A program made the translations under genes and the position numbers. This document shows positions 1 to 9,143 of a stretch of 46,172 nucleotides of DNA, in pieces. The stretch is from Methanothrix sp. (GTDB taxonomy: Archaea > Halobacteriota > Methanosarcinia > Methanotrichales > Methanotrichaceae), in the NCBI GenBank assembly GCA_040770465.1, contig JAXGJB010000019.1, positions 1 to 46,172 of the forward strand, written 5' to 3'. The notes beneath the pieces were generated by a model, which saw only the letters and a list, made by a program, of their open reading frames with translations, was not told the origin of the DNA and ran no database searches. Every line of letters begins with the position of its first letter. The first letter of the stretch is position 1.

Positions 1-111
1 TGGGAGGAGGTTCGGGGGATAATGAAGCTGGCTGAGGCCTCTATGGCCGAATTTCTCGAAGCTGAGCCGGACATCTATACGTTGAAAGACTTGAAGGTCA
101 AATATAAATGA
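1..111 (+). CDS. 3' end of a small putative antitoxin upstream of the PemK/MazF toxin (5'-partial)
   Basis: Frame +1 reads WEEVRGIMKLAEASMAEFLEAEPDIYTLKDLKVKYK* (TGA 109-111). The acidic F-L-x-x-E-P-D-I-Y tail and position just before a PemK-like gene fit a TA partner. Confidence 0.65.
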   Translation, partial: WEEVRGIMKLAEASMAEFLEAEPDIYTLKDLKVKYK

Positions 112-140
112 CCGAAGTTAACGCCTGAAGGTGCACGATT

Positions 141-485
141 TTGAGGGGCCAGGTCCAGAAGGGTAAGATCGTTCTCGTTCCTTTTCCCTTCACGAACATG
201 ACGGAGACGAAGATAAGGCCCGCACTGGTTCTTCACGTTGGAAAAAGGGACGCCACTGTGGCGTTCATATCTTCAAAGGTCCCCAATTTTGCCGATGAAT
301 CCGAGGTCTTCATAAACGCCCATAGCCCGTCCTTCAATGAGACGGGGCTAAAGACCTCCTCGGTCATAAAGCTCGACAAGATCACTACGATAGAAAAGTC
401 GCTAATCTACGGCGAGCTGGGGGAGATCACCGACGATTTGAAGGGAGAGATCAATCGAAAGTTCTCTGAAATTTACAGATTATAA
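141..485 (+). CDS. PemK/MazF family endoribonuclease toxin
   Basis: 114 aa with G-x-IVLVPFPFT...K-x-RPALV and GLK-x-x-S-x-I-x-x-DKI motifs typical of PemK-like toxins. Confidence 0.9.
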   Translation: MRGQVQKGKIVLVPFPFTNMTETKIRPALVLHVGKRDATVAFISSKVPNFADESEVFINAHSPSFNETGLKTSSVIKLDKITTIEKSLIYGELGEITDDLKGEINRKFSEIYRL

Positions 486-499
486 ATATAAAACGGATC

Positions 500-610
500 T
501 CAAACGCTATCCTGGCAGTGGATATCTTTGAGGATCTTCCCGACATTGGCCTTCAGAACCGGAAGGTCGATATTTGTCGTGTCGAGGAGAAGCTCCCGGT
601 CGGACCTCAA
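500..610 (-). pseudogene. Internally deleted HEPN (DUF86/HepT-like) toxin remnant, 36 aa
   Basis: TTG start overlaps the MNT stop (TTGA). Reads MRSDRELLLD|TTNIDLPVLKANVGKILKDIHCQDSV*, i.e. a DUF86-like N-terminus joined to a DUF86-like C-terminal helix, with no R-x4-6-H motif. Confidence 0.7.
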
Positions 611-897
611 AGGGGGACGGCCTCATTCAAGACCCGGTCCCGAATCCGCTCCCTGAGGCTCCGTTCGCTCACCACGTCGACCCGGCGGCCGAGGAGACCC
701 TCTAGCTCTCGGGTCATGGCCGAGCTTTTGAGGAGGGTGAATCCCGGCATCGGCTCCACAAGAAAGTCGAGGTCGCTCTCCTCGTCGGCCTCGCCGCGGG
801 CGACGGAGCCGAATATCCGGACGTTTCGGACCCCGTATTTCTCGGCTATGGCGAGGATCTCCTCCCGGCGGGACTTCAGGGTCTCCTCAATCTTCAT
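607..897 (-). CDS. Minimal nucleotidyltransferase (MNT/MntA-type antitoxin), 96 aa
   Basis: IFGSVARGEADEESDLDFLV and GRRVDVV motifs. Start placed at ATG 897 (MKIEETL); the longer track ORF overlaps the R-M gene. Confidence 0.9.
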   Translation of the reverse strand: MKIEETLKSRREEILAIAEKYGVRNVRIFGSVARGEADEESDLDFLVEPMPGFTLLKSSAMTRELEGLLGRRVDVVSERSLRERIRDRVLNEAVPL

Positions 898-1108
898 CGC
901 CGACGCCCTATGTATCTGATTATATTTATACTTCCTGAAGCCGTCCGCATGTCGCATTTCGGCGGGGCAGATCTGACGACCGCCCCCGCCCACGCGCCCA
1001 TCCACCCTTCTCAATCCCGTCGTCCGACCGCCCGGCGCGAATGCGCCGGGCGGCGCAGCCCCCGGTGGTGCCAGAGGAAGACGCCGGCTCCGCCACCAGA
1101 CTCGGAGA

Positions 1109-4100
1109 TCACGAAAGGCTCGCCTCGACGATGGCGACCTCCGCCTCGGTGAGGCCGTAGAGCCGGTACACGATCGCATCGATGAGCCGGTCGGTCTCCC
1201 CGATACGCGCGATGAGCGGCGCGAGCTTCTCCATCGACGCCGAATATTCCCGCCGCAGATCCTCGGAGAAGGCCCGGCGGTTTGGATCGACGCCGAGCTT
1301 CCTCTTGTTCTTCTTCAGAACCCCTAGAAGCTCGCTGAACTCGATCTCGTAGTAGGCCTGAACCTTCGTCTTGTTCGAGAGTCCATCGACCTTCGCGCCC
1401 ATGAACTCCTCAAGCCACGCGAGGAAGCCCCGGATCTCCTCCTGCTTCTCTTTGTTCATCCGGATCATCTCTTCGGCGAGGTGCGAGAGCAGGTCGTGGA
1501 CTACGTCGGACCGCTCGCCCTCGGCCACGAGCTCGCCAGCGTCATCTTTCGGCAGGCAACCGTCAACCACTTCCATGACTTTTTCAAACTGGCCTGCGGC
1601 GCAGAGCCCTTTCAGCTCCTCCGCCATTCGGCGGCGCTCGTCCTCGGGGGTGGAGAAGGAGATGCGACGGATGGGTGTTTTTTCAATGAAAATTGCAGAA
1701 AAATTAAAACTGTCTCCTTGAAGATCAGTGCATGAATTATGGATAAAAAGTCTGATCAAAGACGAATTAAGTACCGCTAGCAGATAATAACTTTGTTCAG
1801 GAATTGCGTAAGCTTTGTTGTTTGAGTAGAGTCCATTTGAATCGAACGTAAACCTTGCACTTCCGGCTATTTCTGGCCAGAATATTTTTGGCTTTTCAAA
1901 CACGTCGTAGTAATCACACGCCCGCAGCTCCCACCAGTATTCGCCCTTATCGTACCGTTTTTGGGCGGCCACAGAGAACTGCGCTAGATGGGCTGAAACT
2001 GCTGGATAGCGTTTTTCAAAATAGCTCCAAGGATCATCAATTTCTGATCGGTGAGAATTTGTCCAGCCGTTCGGAATCAAAATCAGATACCGATCAGCTT
2101 CAGGCGGCTCGTATCTCTTGATATCCCGCCCGGCGAGGAAGGGCTTGATCAGCTCCATGCTCTTCGGGTCTTCTCGGATCAGACGGGCGCGGGTCTCCTC
2201 GTCGATCACGAAGGCCTCGTTGAGGCCAGTGAGAACCCCTCGGTAGATCTTGCCCCCGACGTACTCGCCCAGGGGCGTCCCCGCCCGGCGTAGCTTCTCC
2301 AAAAGCCTCTGGACCGATTCGTCGACGAGAGACCAGCCGGAGTCGTCGAGCCCCGAAAGGCTGACGGAGTAAGCGTTCTCCTCGACGTAATCCTTCAGCC
2401 GCCCAAAGTCGAGGGCCTCGACCTCCGCCGCTTTGAAGCTCGGCTTTGCCGGGCCGCCGCAGAGGCGGAGGATGCAGGGGTAGGTCGTCGCTTCCGGGAA
2501 GACCGGCAGGTCTCCGAAGTCCACGATCTCGTCGATGCACCGCTCCTTCATCCAGGTCCGGAGGGGCGAGCCGTAGTTCGCCCTCATCCACTTGTTCGCG
2601 AGGATGTAGGAGAAGAAGCCGTCCTTCTGGATGAGGGAGACCCCCTGCTCCACGAAGTAGACGTAAAGGTCGGCAACTCCGTGATAAACCCGGTACCTCA
2701 CCTCGAAAAAGCCCTTGAACTCCCCCAGCCCCTCCTGCCGGACGTAGGGCGGATTTCCCACAACCGCATCCCAGCCGGGATTCTTCTTGCCCTCGCCGCC
2801 CGCAAAGAAGACCTCGGGAAACTCCAGCTGCCAGTGAAAGAAGCTCCTCTCCCCGGCGATCCTCTGCGCCTCAGAAAACCAGGCGGGCGAGGTCTTCCTC
2901 CGCCACTCGGCCTCGTCGCCGCCCACCGCCCAGAAGAGGTCGTGGTAGACCTGGTCGGGTCCCTTCGTCCCCGAGGGCGTCGCCCGCGCCTCCACCTCGT
3001 TTCCGAAGTAGACGGCGGTGTGGACGTTTGCGATCGCTCTTGCCTTGGTGTACTCGGGAAGGTTTCGGAACTCCTCGAAGACCTCCTCCTTCCTCTTGAT
3101 CTCGGAGAGGGAGTCGTCCCCGATCTCCTCCAGCTCCCTGATCTTCCCGATCAGGTGCTGGAGAAAACGGGGCGAGACGAATGAGGGGAGGGTCACCTGA
3201 TCGGGCGCTATCGCGGTGGCCTTCTCGCCGGGGTAGTGGATAAGGTCCGAGAGGCGGGCGCCGACGAGGCTGTTTCCCTGCTTCAGCCGATGGTCGAGGA
3301 AGCTGAGGGGCTTGTCCTTGGCGATGGTGATGAGCCACAGTGAGACCTTCGCCAGCTCGACTGCCAGGTCGTTCAGGTCGACGCCGTAGATCGAGTGGGA
3401 GACCGCCTCCCTCTTCGCCCACTCGCTGGTGAACTGACCCCGGTCTTCCACCAGCCCCCACTCGATGTCGCTCTCGGCGGCCCGCATCAGCCTTCCCGCC
3501 AGAAACTCGACGGCTCCGACGAGGAAGTGGCCCGACCCCATCGCCGGGTCCAGGACCTTCACAGAGAGGGTGGCGTCGATCAGGCTCCGGTTTTCGAGGA
3601 GCGCCTCCTTCCACCTCTCCTCGACGACCGGCCCCACCGTCTTCTCCACGATGTAGTCGACTATGTAGTCGGGGGTGTAGTAGGAGCCGGTCGCCTTCCT
3701 CTCGCCCCGATCGGTTGTGAGGTATAGGTCGCCGGCCCTCGCCCTCTCAAACTCCCCGAACTCCTCGAAGGACTTCTCTTTCTTCTTGCCCTGGTTGAAC
3801 TCGTCCAGGGGGACCCACCGCCGGTCCTTCCCGCCGGAGACGACGAGATCTCCATCGGCCACCTCAAGCCTGTACTCCAGAAGCCCCTCGTAGATCGAGC
3901 CAAGGTGTCTGATCTCCAGGGTCGAGTAGTCGACAAACCCCTTCCCGCCGTTGGCGCCGCCGTTTCCATCGCCTCTGAAAGCTCCTCCGGCGGCGCCTTT
4001 CGCCCTGCCGCTCCCTTTGCCTCCGGCCTCACCGTCTACTGCGCCGCCCGCCCCCGCCTCAGACCGGGAGAGGAGGTCGATCGCCTCGGCGAGGTACGAG

Positions 4101-5254
4101 TCGCCTATCGTCCACCTCGCAAGGTCCGGGTGCTTCTCGGGGTCGAAGAGGCCGCCGTTGTAGGCGGGAACGCTGATCAGCTCATCGATCCCCAGATTCT
4201 TGCTCCCCTGGTCGATCAGCCGAAAGAGGTCTGAGAGGTCGGACAATAGCGACCTCTTGATCGGCAGAAATCCCTGGACGGCGGGACCGTCGAGGCGGAC
4301 CGCCACCTCCTTTTTGATCCGATCGAAGCTGTAAGAGCCGGCGTAAACCTCGTCTCTCAGGTCGAGGAGCTCCTTTCCCTCGGCGTAGAGGAGGAAGAGG
4401 AACCGGTAGAGGAGGATCATGGTATTCCTCTGAACCCGCGCCCTCGTCTCCGGGTCGGTCGGGTCGAGATCGTTCTCCCGCCAGGCTATGAAACCTTCAG
4501 CCACCTTCTTCATCGCCCGGTAGACGTTCTCCTTCAGGTTCTCTCCGATCTCTCGGGCGTAGTTCGCCGACCCCCGGAGAACCTCGTCAAGGAAGACCGC
4601 CCCCTTTTCGTTTGGGAGAAACGCCTCCTGCCGGAAGAAGTAGTAAAAGTACCGAAAGGACTCAACGTCCCTGGCCTCCAAAATCGCCGCGAGATCCACC
4701 TCGTAGTAGACGTCCAGCGGCCTCTCCTGCCGGTAAAGCCGCCACTTCTGGCCGTTGGAGAGGATACCCCAGGCGGGCTCCGTCTCGTGGAGGTAGAGCC
4801 AGATCTGAAACGACGGGTTACGCCTCTTGTCCTGCCGATCCCTCCCGAACCGGTCCAGGGAGGCGTCCCACCTCTTCACCTCTCCGACGGCAAAAGCCCC
4901 CAAAAAGAAGGACTCGGTGTCCTTTCTCGCCTGAGCCCGGTCCCGCGCCTCCCGGTCGGGGAAGAAGGCGTAGTCCGGAAACTCCCGGGACTTCGTCGCC
5001 CCCTGGACCTCGTAGTCGGGCAGGATCACGGCGAATAGGCTCCGAAAGAGCCGATCCTCCAGCTGCGACTCGGAAAGGCCTTCGACGAAGGCGCTCTCCC
5101 TCTCGTATATCCTCCTGATCTTCTCGAAGGCCGCCTCGTGATCCGACCGCCCCCACTCGGGGGAGGCCCTGATCTGGTTTTCGAGATAGTGGTTTGAGAA
5201 GAGGTTTCGGTTGTTGAAGGGTCGGCTATTGAAGGGGCGGGTCGCTTTCTCCAT
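1109..5254 (-). CDS. Type IIG (Eco57I-like) restriction-modification fusion: nuclease, N6-adenine methyltransferase and target-recognition domain
   Basis: N-terminal PD...EVK and WGILSNG-x-x-WRLY; TGSYYTP, motif I VLDPAMGSGHFL, motif IV VVGNPPY; TaqI-C-like region. Start uncertain (5254 or 5314). Confidence 0.9.
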   Translation of the reverse strand: MEKATRPFNSRPFNNRNLFSNHYLENQIRASPEWGRSDHEAAFEKIRRIYERESAFVEGLSESQLEDRLFRSLFAVILPDYEVQGATKSREFPDYAFFPDREARDRAQARKDTESFFLGAFAVGEVKRWDASLDRFGRDRQDKRRNPSFQIWLYLHETEPAWGILSNGQKWRLYRQERPLDVYYEVDLAAILEARDVESFRYFYYFFRQEAFLPNEKGAVFLDEVLRGSANYAREIGENLKENVYRAMKKVAEGFIAWRENDLDPTDPETRARVQRNTMILLYRFLFLLYAEGKELLDLRDEVYAGSYSFDRIKKEVAVRLDGPAVQGFLPIKRSLLSDLSDLFRLIDQGSKNLGIDELISVPAYNGGLFDPEKHPDLARWTIGDSYLAEAIDLLSRSEAGAGGAVDGEAGGKGSGRAKGAAGGAFRGDGNGGANGGKGFVDYSTLEIRHLGSIYEGLLEYRLEVADGDLVVSGGKDRRWVPLDEFNQGKKKEKSFEEFGEFERARAGDLYLTTDRGERKATGSYYTPDYIVDYIVEKTVGPVVEERWKEALLENRSLIDATLSVKVLDPAMGSGHFLVGAVEFLAGRLMRAAESDIEWGLVEDRGQFTSEWAKREAVSHSIYGVDLNDLAVELAKVSLWLITIAKDKPLSFLDHRLKQGNSLVGARLSDLIHYPGEKATAIAPDQVTLPSFVSPRFLQHLIGKIRELEEIGDDSLSEIKRKEEVFEEFRNLPEYTKARAIANVHTAVYFGNEVEARATPSGTKGPDQVYHDLFWAVGGDEAEWRRKTSPAWFSEAQRIAGERSFFHWQLEFPEVFFAGGEGKKNPGWDAVVGNPPYVRQEGLGEFKGFFEVRYRVYHGVADLYVYFVEQGVSLIQKDGFFSYILANKWMRANYGSPLRTWMKERCIDEIVDFGDLPVFPEATTYPCILRLCGGPAKPSFKAAEVEALDFGRLKDYVEENAYSVSLSGLDDSGWSLVDESVQRLLEKLRRAGTPLGEYVGGKIYRGVLTGLNEAFVIDEETRARLIREDPKSMELIKPFLAGRDIKRYEPPEADRYLILIPNGWTNSHRSEIDDPWSYFEKRYPAVSAHLAQFSVAAQKRYDKGEYWWELRACDYYDVFEKPKIFWPEIAGSARFTFDSNGLYSNNKAYAIPEQSYYLLAVLNSSLIRLFIHNSCTDLQGDSFNFSAIFIEKTPIRRISFSTPEDERRRMAEELKGLCAAGQFEKVMEVVDGCLPKDDAGELVAEGERSDVVHDLLSHLAEEMIRMNKEKQEEIRGFLAWLEEFMGAKVDGLSNKTKVQAYYEIEFSELLGVLKKNKRKLGVDPNRRAFSEDLRREYSASMEKLAPLIARIGETDRLIDAIVYRLYGLTEAEVAIVEASLS

Positions 5255-5374
5255 CGGGATCGAACTTCGGTCTGCCCCCGGACCCGATAAATCTGTCGAG
5301 AGAACGGGTGGCAAAGGGCCGGGAGACGAAAGGGGTCAGAAAAGGAAAAGAGAAAGATGAAAACGAGGGACTGA

Positions 5375-5448
5375 TGGGCCCGACGCGATTCGAACGCGTG
5401 ATCCCCGCCGTGTAAGGGCGATGTCATAACCACCTAGACCACGGGCCC
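5375..5448 (-). tRNA. tRNA-Val (TAC)
   Basis: Reverse complement GGGCCCGTGGTCTAGGTGGTTATGACATCGCCCTTACACGGCGGGGATCACGCGTTCGAATCGCGTCGGGCCCA folds as a cloverleaf with TTCGAAT T-loop and TAC anticodon; no encoded CCA. Confidence 0.95.
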
Positions 5449-5528
5449 TCCGGCCCATCCCTTATCCCTCGTCATATTAGATTCTATCGCTTAAGGCTCA
5501 AGGCCGCCCGCGCGGCCTCGCCAAAAGC

Positions 5529-7094
5529 CTACTTTCTCCGGATGTACAGCCCCGTCATCGTGTTCTCCAGGACCTCGTCAGAGGGCTTCGATGTCAGAAG
5601 GCTGACGACCACCATCGCCAGAATCGATACCGCGAACCCGTAGAGGCTGAAGTAAACGGGAAGCGGGTGGACGAACTGGTGCCAGTATCCAGCAAACCCG
5701 GCGCTCAAAAGGCCCAGCCCCATCGCGAAGATGGCCCCCTCTCTCGTCGCCCGCCGCCAGTACAGCCCCGCAAAGAGCGGCGCCACGTAGCAGGCGAGCA
5801 TCAACCCGATCCCCATCCATATCAGCCATGCCAGAAGCTCGGGCGGGTTGGACCAGGCCATGGCCAGGGTCAGAAGGGCAGCGGTGGCGACGGCGGCCCT
5901 GCTGACGAAGGTGACCGTCGAGTCTCGGGCGTCGGGCCGGAGGAACCTCTTGTAGATGTCCCACCCGAAGTAGGTCCCGATGGTGAGCATCAGCCGGTCT
6001 GTGGTGGACATCACCGCGGCGAGTACTATTACCCCAATGAATACGCTGATGATGCTGGGAAAGGCGTACTCAGCCCCCAGGATGAAGGCGTAATCCTGTG
6101 GATTTGTTACCCCCGTTGGGAGGATGATCTGTCCCTGGGTGGTCATCACCCTCCCAGCAAACCCAGAGATCTTGATCAGGTACATCACGACGACGTATAT
6201 CGAGAAGGCCGCAAGAGGCGCCCACCTGAAGTACTTGTTGTCCCGGGCCGCAAATACGTTGTTTATGACGTGAGGGGCGCTCGCGAGGCCGAAGGCCAGA
6301 AGGAAGAAGAACGAGACCAGAAATATCGGGGTTGCAAAGGCATATGGGGCGTAGGGCCCTTCGGCACTGGGGTACCAGTTGGGATACCAGGGCTGGACGA
6401 AGTTCGGGTCTATCCCTGCGAGGACGGTGTTGATGTGGGTCAGCCCCCCAGCGGATTGGATCACCGCAGGGGCGACGATTAAAACTCCGAGGATCAACAT
6501 CATGCCCTGGATCAGGTTGTTCCATGCCACGGCGTAAAGCCCTCCCATGATCACGTAGGCGGTCACTATCAGGGCCGAGATGATCAGGGCAGTTTGGTAG
6601 GAGATCCCGAAGAGCCAGCTGAGGACCATGCTGATGGCGACGTACTGGCCCACCATGTAGATGAGAGATACCAGAATCCCTGTCACCGCCGAGAGCCCCC
6701 GGATCCCGTTCTTGCTGTAGAACCGGTCCGAGAAGTAGTCCTGGACCGTGAAGTACCCCCGCTCCCTCCCCACGGCATGAAGCTTCGTCCCGAAGAGGAG
6801 GATGCAGACCGCAGCGCTGAGGGGGACGAAGACCTGCTCCCAGATCGTCGGCCAACCCGTCACGTACCCGAGGCCGCTCGTCCCCAGGATCGTCATCCCG
6901 CTGCAGATGCAGGCGACGATCAGGATCGTGAATACCCAGAAACCGAGGTTTCGGCCCGCCAGGATGTAGTCTTCGGAGGTCTTCACCTTCTTTGAGGCCC
7001 AGGCCCCGACGGCCATCAGCCCCAGGAAATAAACGGCGACTATCGCCGCCATCTCGAAGTTGAACTCCAACTCCTTCACCACCTGAGCGCCCAA
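5529..7094 (-). CDS. Sodium:solute symporter (SSS, PutP/PanF-like)
   Basis: About 520 aa, many TM segments, EDYILAGRNLG, GGLYAVAW, AAVMSTTD and GLYWRRATREGA motifs. True start may be slightly downstream (GTG 7079 or TTG 7070). Confidence 0.9.
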   Translation of the reverse strand: MGAQVVKELEFNFEMAAIVAVYFLGLMAVGAWASKKVKTSEDYILAGRNLGFWVFTILIVACICSGMTILGTSGLGYVTGWPTIWEQVFVPLSAAVCILLFGTKLHAVGRERGYFTVQDYFSDRFYSKNGIRGLSAVTGILVSLIYMVGQYVAISMVLSWLFGISYQTALIISALIVTAYVIMGGLYAVAWNNLIQGMMLILGVLIVAPAVIQSAGGLTHINTVLAGIDPNFVQPWYPNWYPSAEGPYAPYAFATPIFLVSFFFLLAFGLASAPHVINNVFAARDNKYFRWAPLAAFSIYVVVMYLIKISGFAGRVMTTQGQIILPTGVTNPQDYAFILGAEYAFPSIISVFIGVIVLAAVMSTTDRLMLTIGTYFGWDIYKRFLRPDARDSTVTFVSRAAVATAALLTLAMAWSNPPELLAWLIWMGIGLMLACYVAPLFAGLYWRRATREGAIFAMGLGLLSAGFAGYWHQFVHPLPVYFSLYGFAVSILAMVVVSLLTSKPSDEVLENTMTGLYIRRK

Positions 7095-7168
7095 AAGAGG
7101 AGCACCAGGGCGATCAACGCCGGCGCGGCGATGACCAAGAACGTCGTCTCAAAGGGCAATCCGAACAA
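7076..7168 (-). CDS. Small single-TM protein (30 aa), probable SSS transporter partner
   Basis: GGAGG upstream of TTG; MFGLPFETTFLVIAAPALIALVLLFWALRW*; its stop overlaps the symporter start region. Confidence 0.6.
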   Translation of the reverse strand: MFGLPFETTFLVIAAPALIALVLLFWALRW

Positions 7169-7222
7169 ATAACCTTCCTCCGCCAAATGTATTGCATTAT
7201 TGCACAATCTTGTACATATGAT

Positions 7223-7300
7223 GCGTGATATCATATGACACGCGAGATATGATAACCCGTTTCATCTGCAACGTGATAACGTGATGCATTATATCACGTT
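7223..7300. promoter_or_regulatory. Two related inverted repeats (CGTGAT-N7-ATCACG), candidate operators
   Basis: AACGTGAT-gcattat-ATCACGTT at 7278-7300 (perfect), GCGTGAT-atcatat-GACACGC at 7223-7243 (imperfect), extra half-site at 7270-7277, all in a divergent promoter region. Confidence 0.5.
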
Positions 7301-7425
7301 TAAATCTAACGTCGATCAGAAATGATAACTGCCATCGGTCCGCCATCAACCCGACTTAACACCCGACTTAAATATGACTTCAATGAGGGCGACTTTTATA
7401 AGAGATCTAGTCGTTCTATCCATCG

Positions 7426-8265
7426 ATGAACCGACAGGCCGAGATGGAGCTATCCGAGGAGGGCAAGAGGCTTCTTGCGATCTGCGACTCCGCCGCCGAG
7501 GCGGTATCAAAATCGATAACCAAGATGGTGGGCGACCCCGCCAGCGGCACGGTGATGCAGATGGGCGCCGACGGCACCCCCACCAAAAGCATCGACGGCC
7601 GGGCCGAGGATGCGGTGATCGACGTCCTTGAGAGGTCGGGCGTCGATTTTGCCATCCTCTCCGAGGAGCTGGGAAGAAAGGAGATCGGAGAAAACCCGAG
7701 ATACTTCCTCCACCTCGACCCCCTCGACGGCACCTTCAACGCCATCTGCGGCATCCCCTTCTACTCGGTATCGATCTACATCAGCGGTGACTCCTGCTCC
7801 TTCGGCTACGTCTTCGACCTCGCCCACGCCGTCAAGTTCTACGCAGAGAGGAAAAGAGGCGCCTGGACCGAGTTCGGCGGCACCAGATCCCGCATCGCCG
7901 TCTCGACCACCCCGACCCTTGAGACCTTCAGCGTCTCGGCCTACACCCTCCGCCCCAACACAAGCCGGATAGTCGACCTCGGCGACGTCGTCCGGCGTAT
8001 CAGGACCCTCGGGTCCACATCCCTTGAGCTCTGCTTCGTCGCCGCTGGAAGGCTCGACGCCTTCGTCGACCTCCGGGGAGGTCTCAGGCTCGTGGACGTC
8101 GCCGCCGGCAGCCTCATCATCCAGGAGGCGGGCGGGGTCGTCACCGACGGCCGGGGCGAAAGGATACGGTTCAACGGAGACATGTGGCAGAAGTCCGAGT
8201 TTCTGGCTTCAAACGGCCTCTTCCATCGCGAGATCCTCGACCTCATAGGGGGTGGTCGAAGTTAG
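7426..8265 (+). CDS. suhB: Bifunctional fructose-1,6-bisphosphatase/inositol monophosphatase
   Basis: GADGTPT, LSEE, LDPLDGTFN, GRLDAFVD and DVAAG motifs. Confidence 0.9.
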   Translation: MNRQAEMELSEEGKRLLAICDSAAEAVSKSITKMVGDPASGTVMQMGADGTPTKSIDGRAEDAVIDVLERSGVDFAILSEELGRKEIGENPRYFLHLDPLDGTFNAICGIPFYSVSIYISGDSCSFGYVFDLAHAVKFYAERKRGAWTEFGGTRSRIAVSTTPTLETFSVSAYTLRPNTSRIVDLGDVVRRIRTLGSTSLELCFVAAGRLDAFVDLRGGLRLVDVAAGSLIIQEAGGVVTDGRGERIRFNGDMWQKSEFLASNGLFHREILDLIGGGRS

Positions 8266-9067
8266 AATAGGGTTCGTCTCCCGGGGGGACCCTGAGTCGA
8301 TCAAGATGGTCCGAAACCTCGTGGAGAGGTTCCGGTCGAGGGCCGAGATCGTCATCGAGCCGGAGACGGCGAAGAAGCTCGGCCTTCCTGAGGCCCGGAT
8401 CGAGGAGATGGACGCCGACCTGATCGTCTCCGTCGGAGGGGACGGTACGATCCTCAGGACGATCCGGAGGATGGAAGACCCAAGGCCGATCCTGGGGATC
8501 AACATGGGCACCCTCGGCTTCCTCGTGGACGTGGAGCCGAAGGACGCCGTAAAGACCCTGGAGCGGGTCCTCTTCGGCTTCGAGGTGATGGAGCGAAGCC
8601 GCCTTTCGACCCGCCTCAACGGCGTTCCGCTCCCACCAGCAACAAACGAGATCGCCCTCCTATCGGCGAGCCCAGCCAAGATGCTGGAGTTTGAGATCAC
8701 CGTCGACGACTCGCTTCTTGAGAGCCTCAGGGCCGACGGCCTCCTCTTCGCCACCTCCACCGGCTCCACCGCCTACGCCATGTCCGCCGGAGGTCCCATC
8801 GTCGACCCCAGGGTCGACGCCATCGTCCTCGTCCCCATGGCCCCCTTCAAGCTCTCGGCCCGTCCCTGGGTCCTCCCGGCGGAATCGGTCATAAAAGTCG
8901 ACCTGGATCTCCCCGAGAAGGAGGCCCTCGTGGTCATCGACGGTCAGAACGTCGCCACCATCTCAAAGCGAGATCACATCACCATCAGCAGGGCCGAGAA
9001 GCCCGCGCGGTTCGTCAAGGCCCGGGAGGGTGGCTTCTACGAGAAGGTCAAAAGCAAGCTGGCTTGA
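8252..9067 (+). CDS. nadK: NAD(+) kinase
   Basis: VGGDGTIL, GIN-x-GTLGFL, NE, ADGL-x-x-ATSTGSTAYAMSAGGP motifs. Confidence 0.95.
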   Translation: MVEVRIGFVSRGDPESIKMVRNLVERFRSRAEIVIEPETAKKLGLPEARIEEMDADLIVSVGGDGTILRTIRRMEDPRPILGINMGTLGFLVDVEPKDAVKTLERVLFGFEVMERSRLSTRLNGVPLPPATNEIALLSASPAKMLEFEITVDDSLLESLRADGLLFATSTGSTAYAMSAGGPIVDPRVDAIVLVPMAPFKLSARPWVLPAESVIKVDLDLPEKEALVVIDGQNVATISKRDHITISRAEKPARFVKAREGGFYEKVKSKLA

Positions 9068-9143
9068 ACGGCGCTCACAGTGAACGGTCGTTTTCATCGG
9101 ATGGCCTGCATCCTGCAGCTCAGTCAAGTTGCTGGGATTCAAT

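Noticed and set aside
898-1179. N-terminal extension of the 190-aa MNT ORF
   Set aside because: Overlaps the R-M gene end and is low-complexity; a TATA-like AT tract at about 915-930 supports the start at 897.
3940-4065. Gly/Ala-rich insertion in the R-M protein as a possible intein
   Set aside because: Only about 40 aa, with no N-terminal Cys/Ser block or His-Asn end; more likely a flexible loop.
518-5433. Many overlapping or antisense ORFs (e.g. 518-919, 2871-3614, 4612-5118, 5026-5433)
   Set aside because: Shadow ORFs of GC-rich genes: Arg/Pro/Gly-rich, no motifs, overlapping well-supported genes or the tRNA. The same applies to similar ORFs throughout the window.
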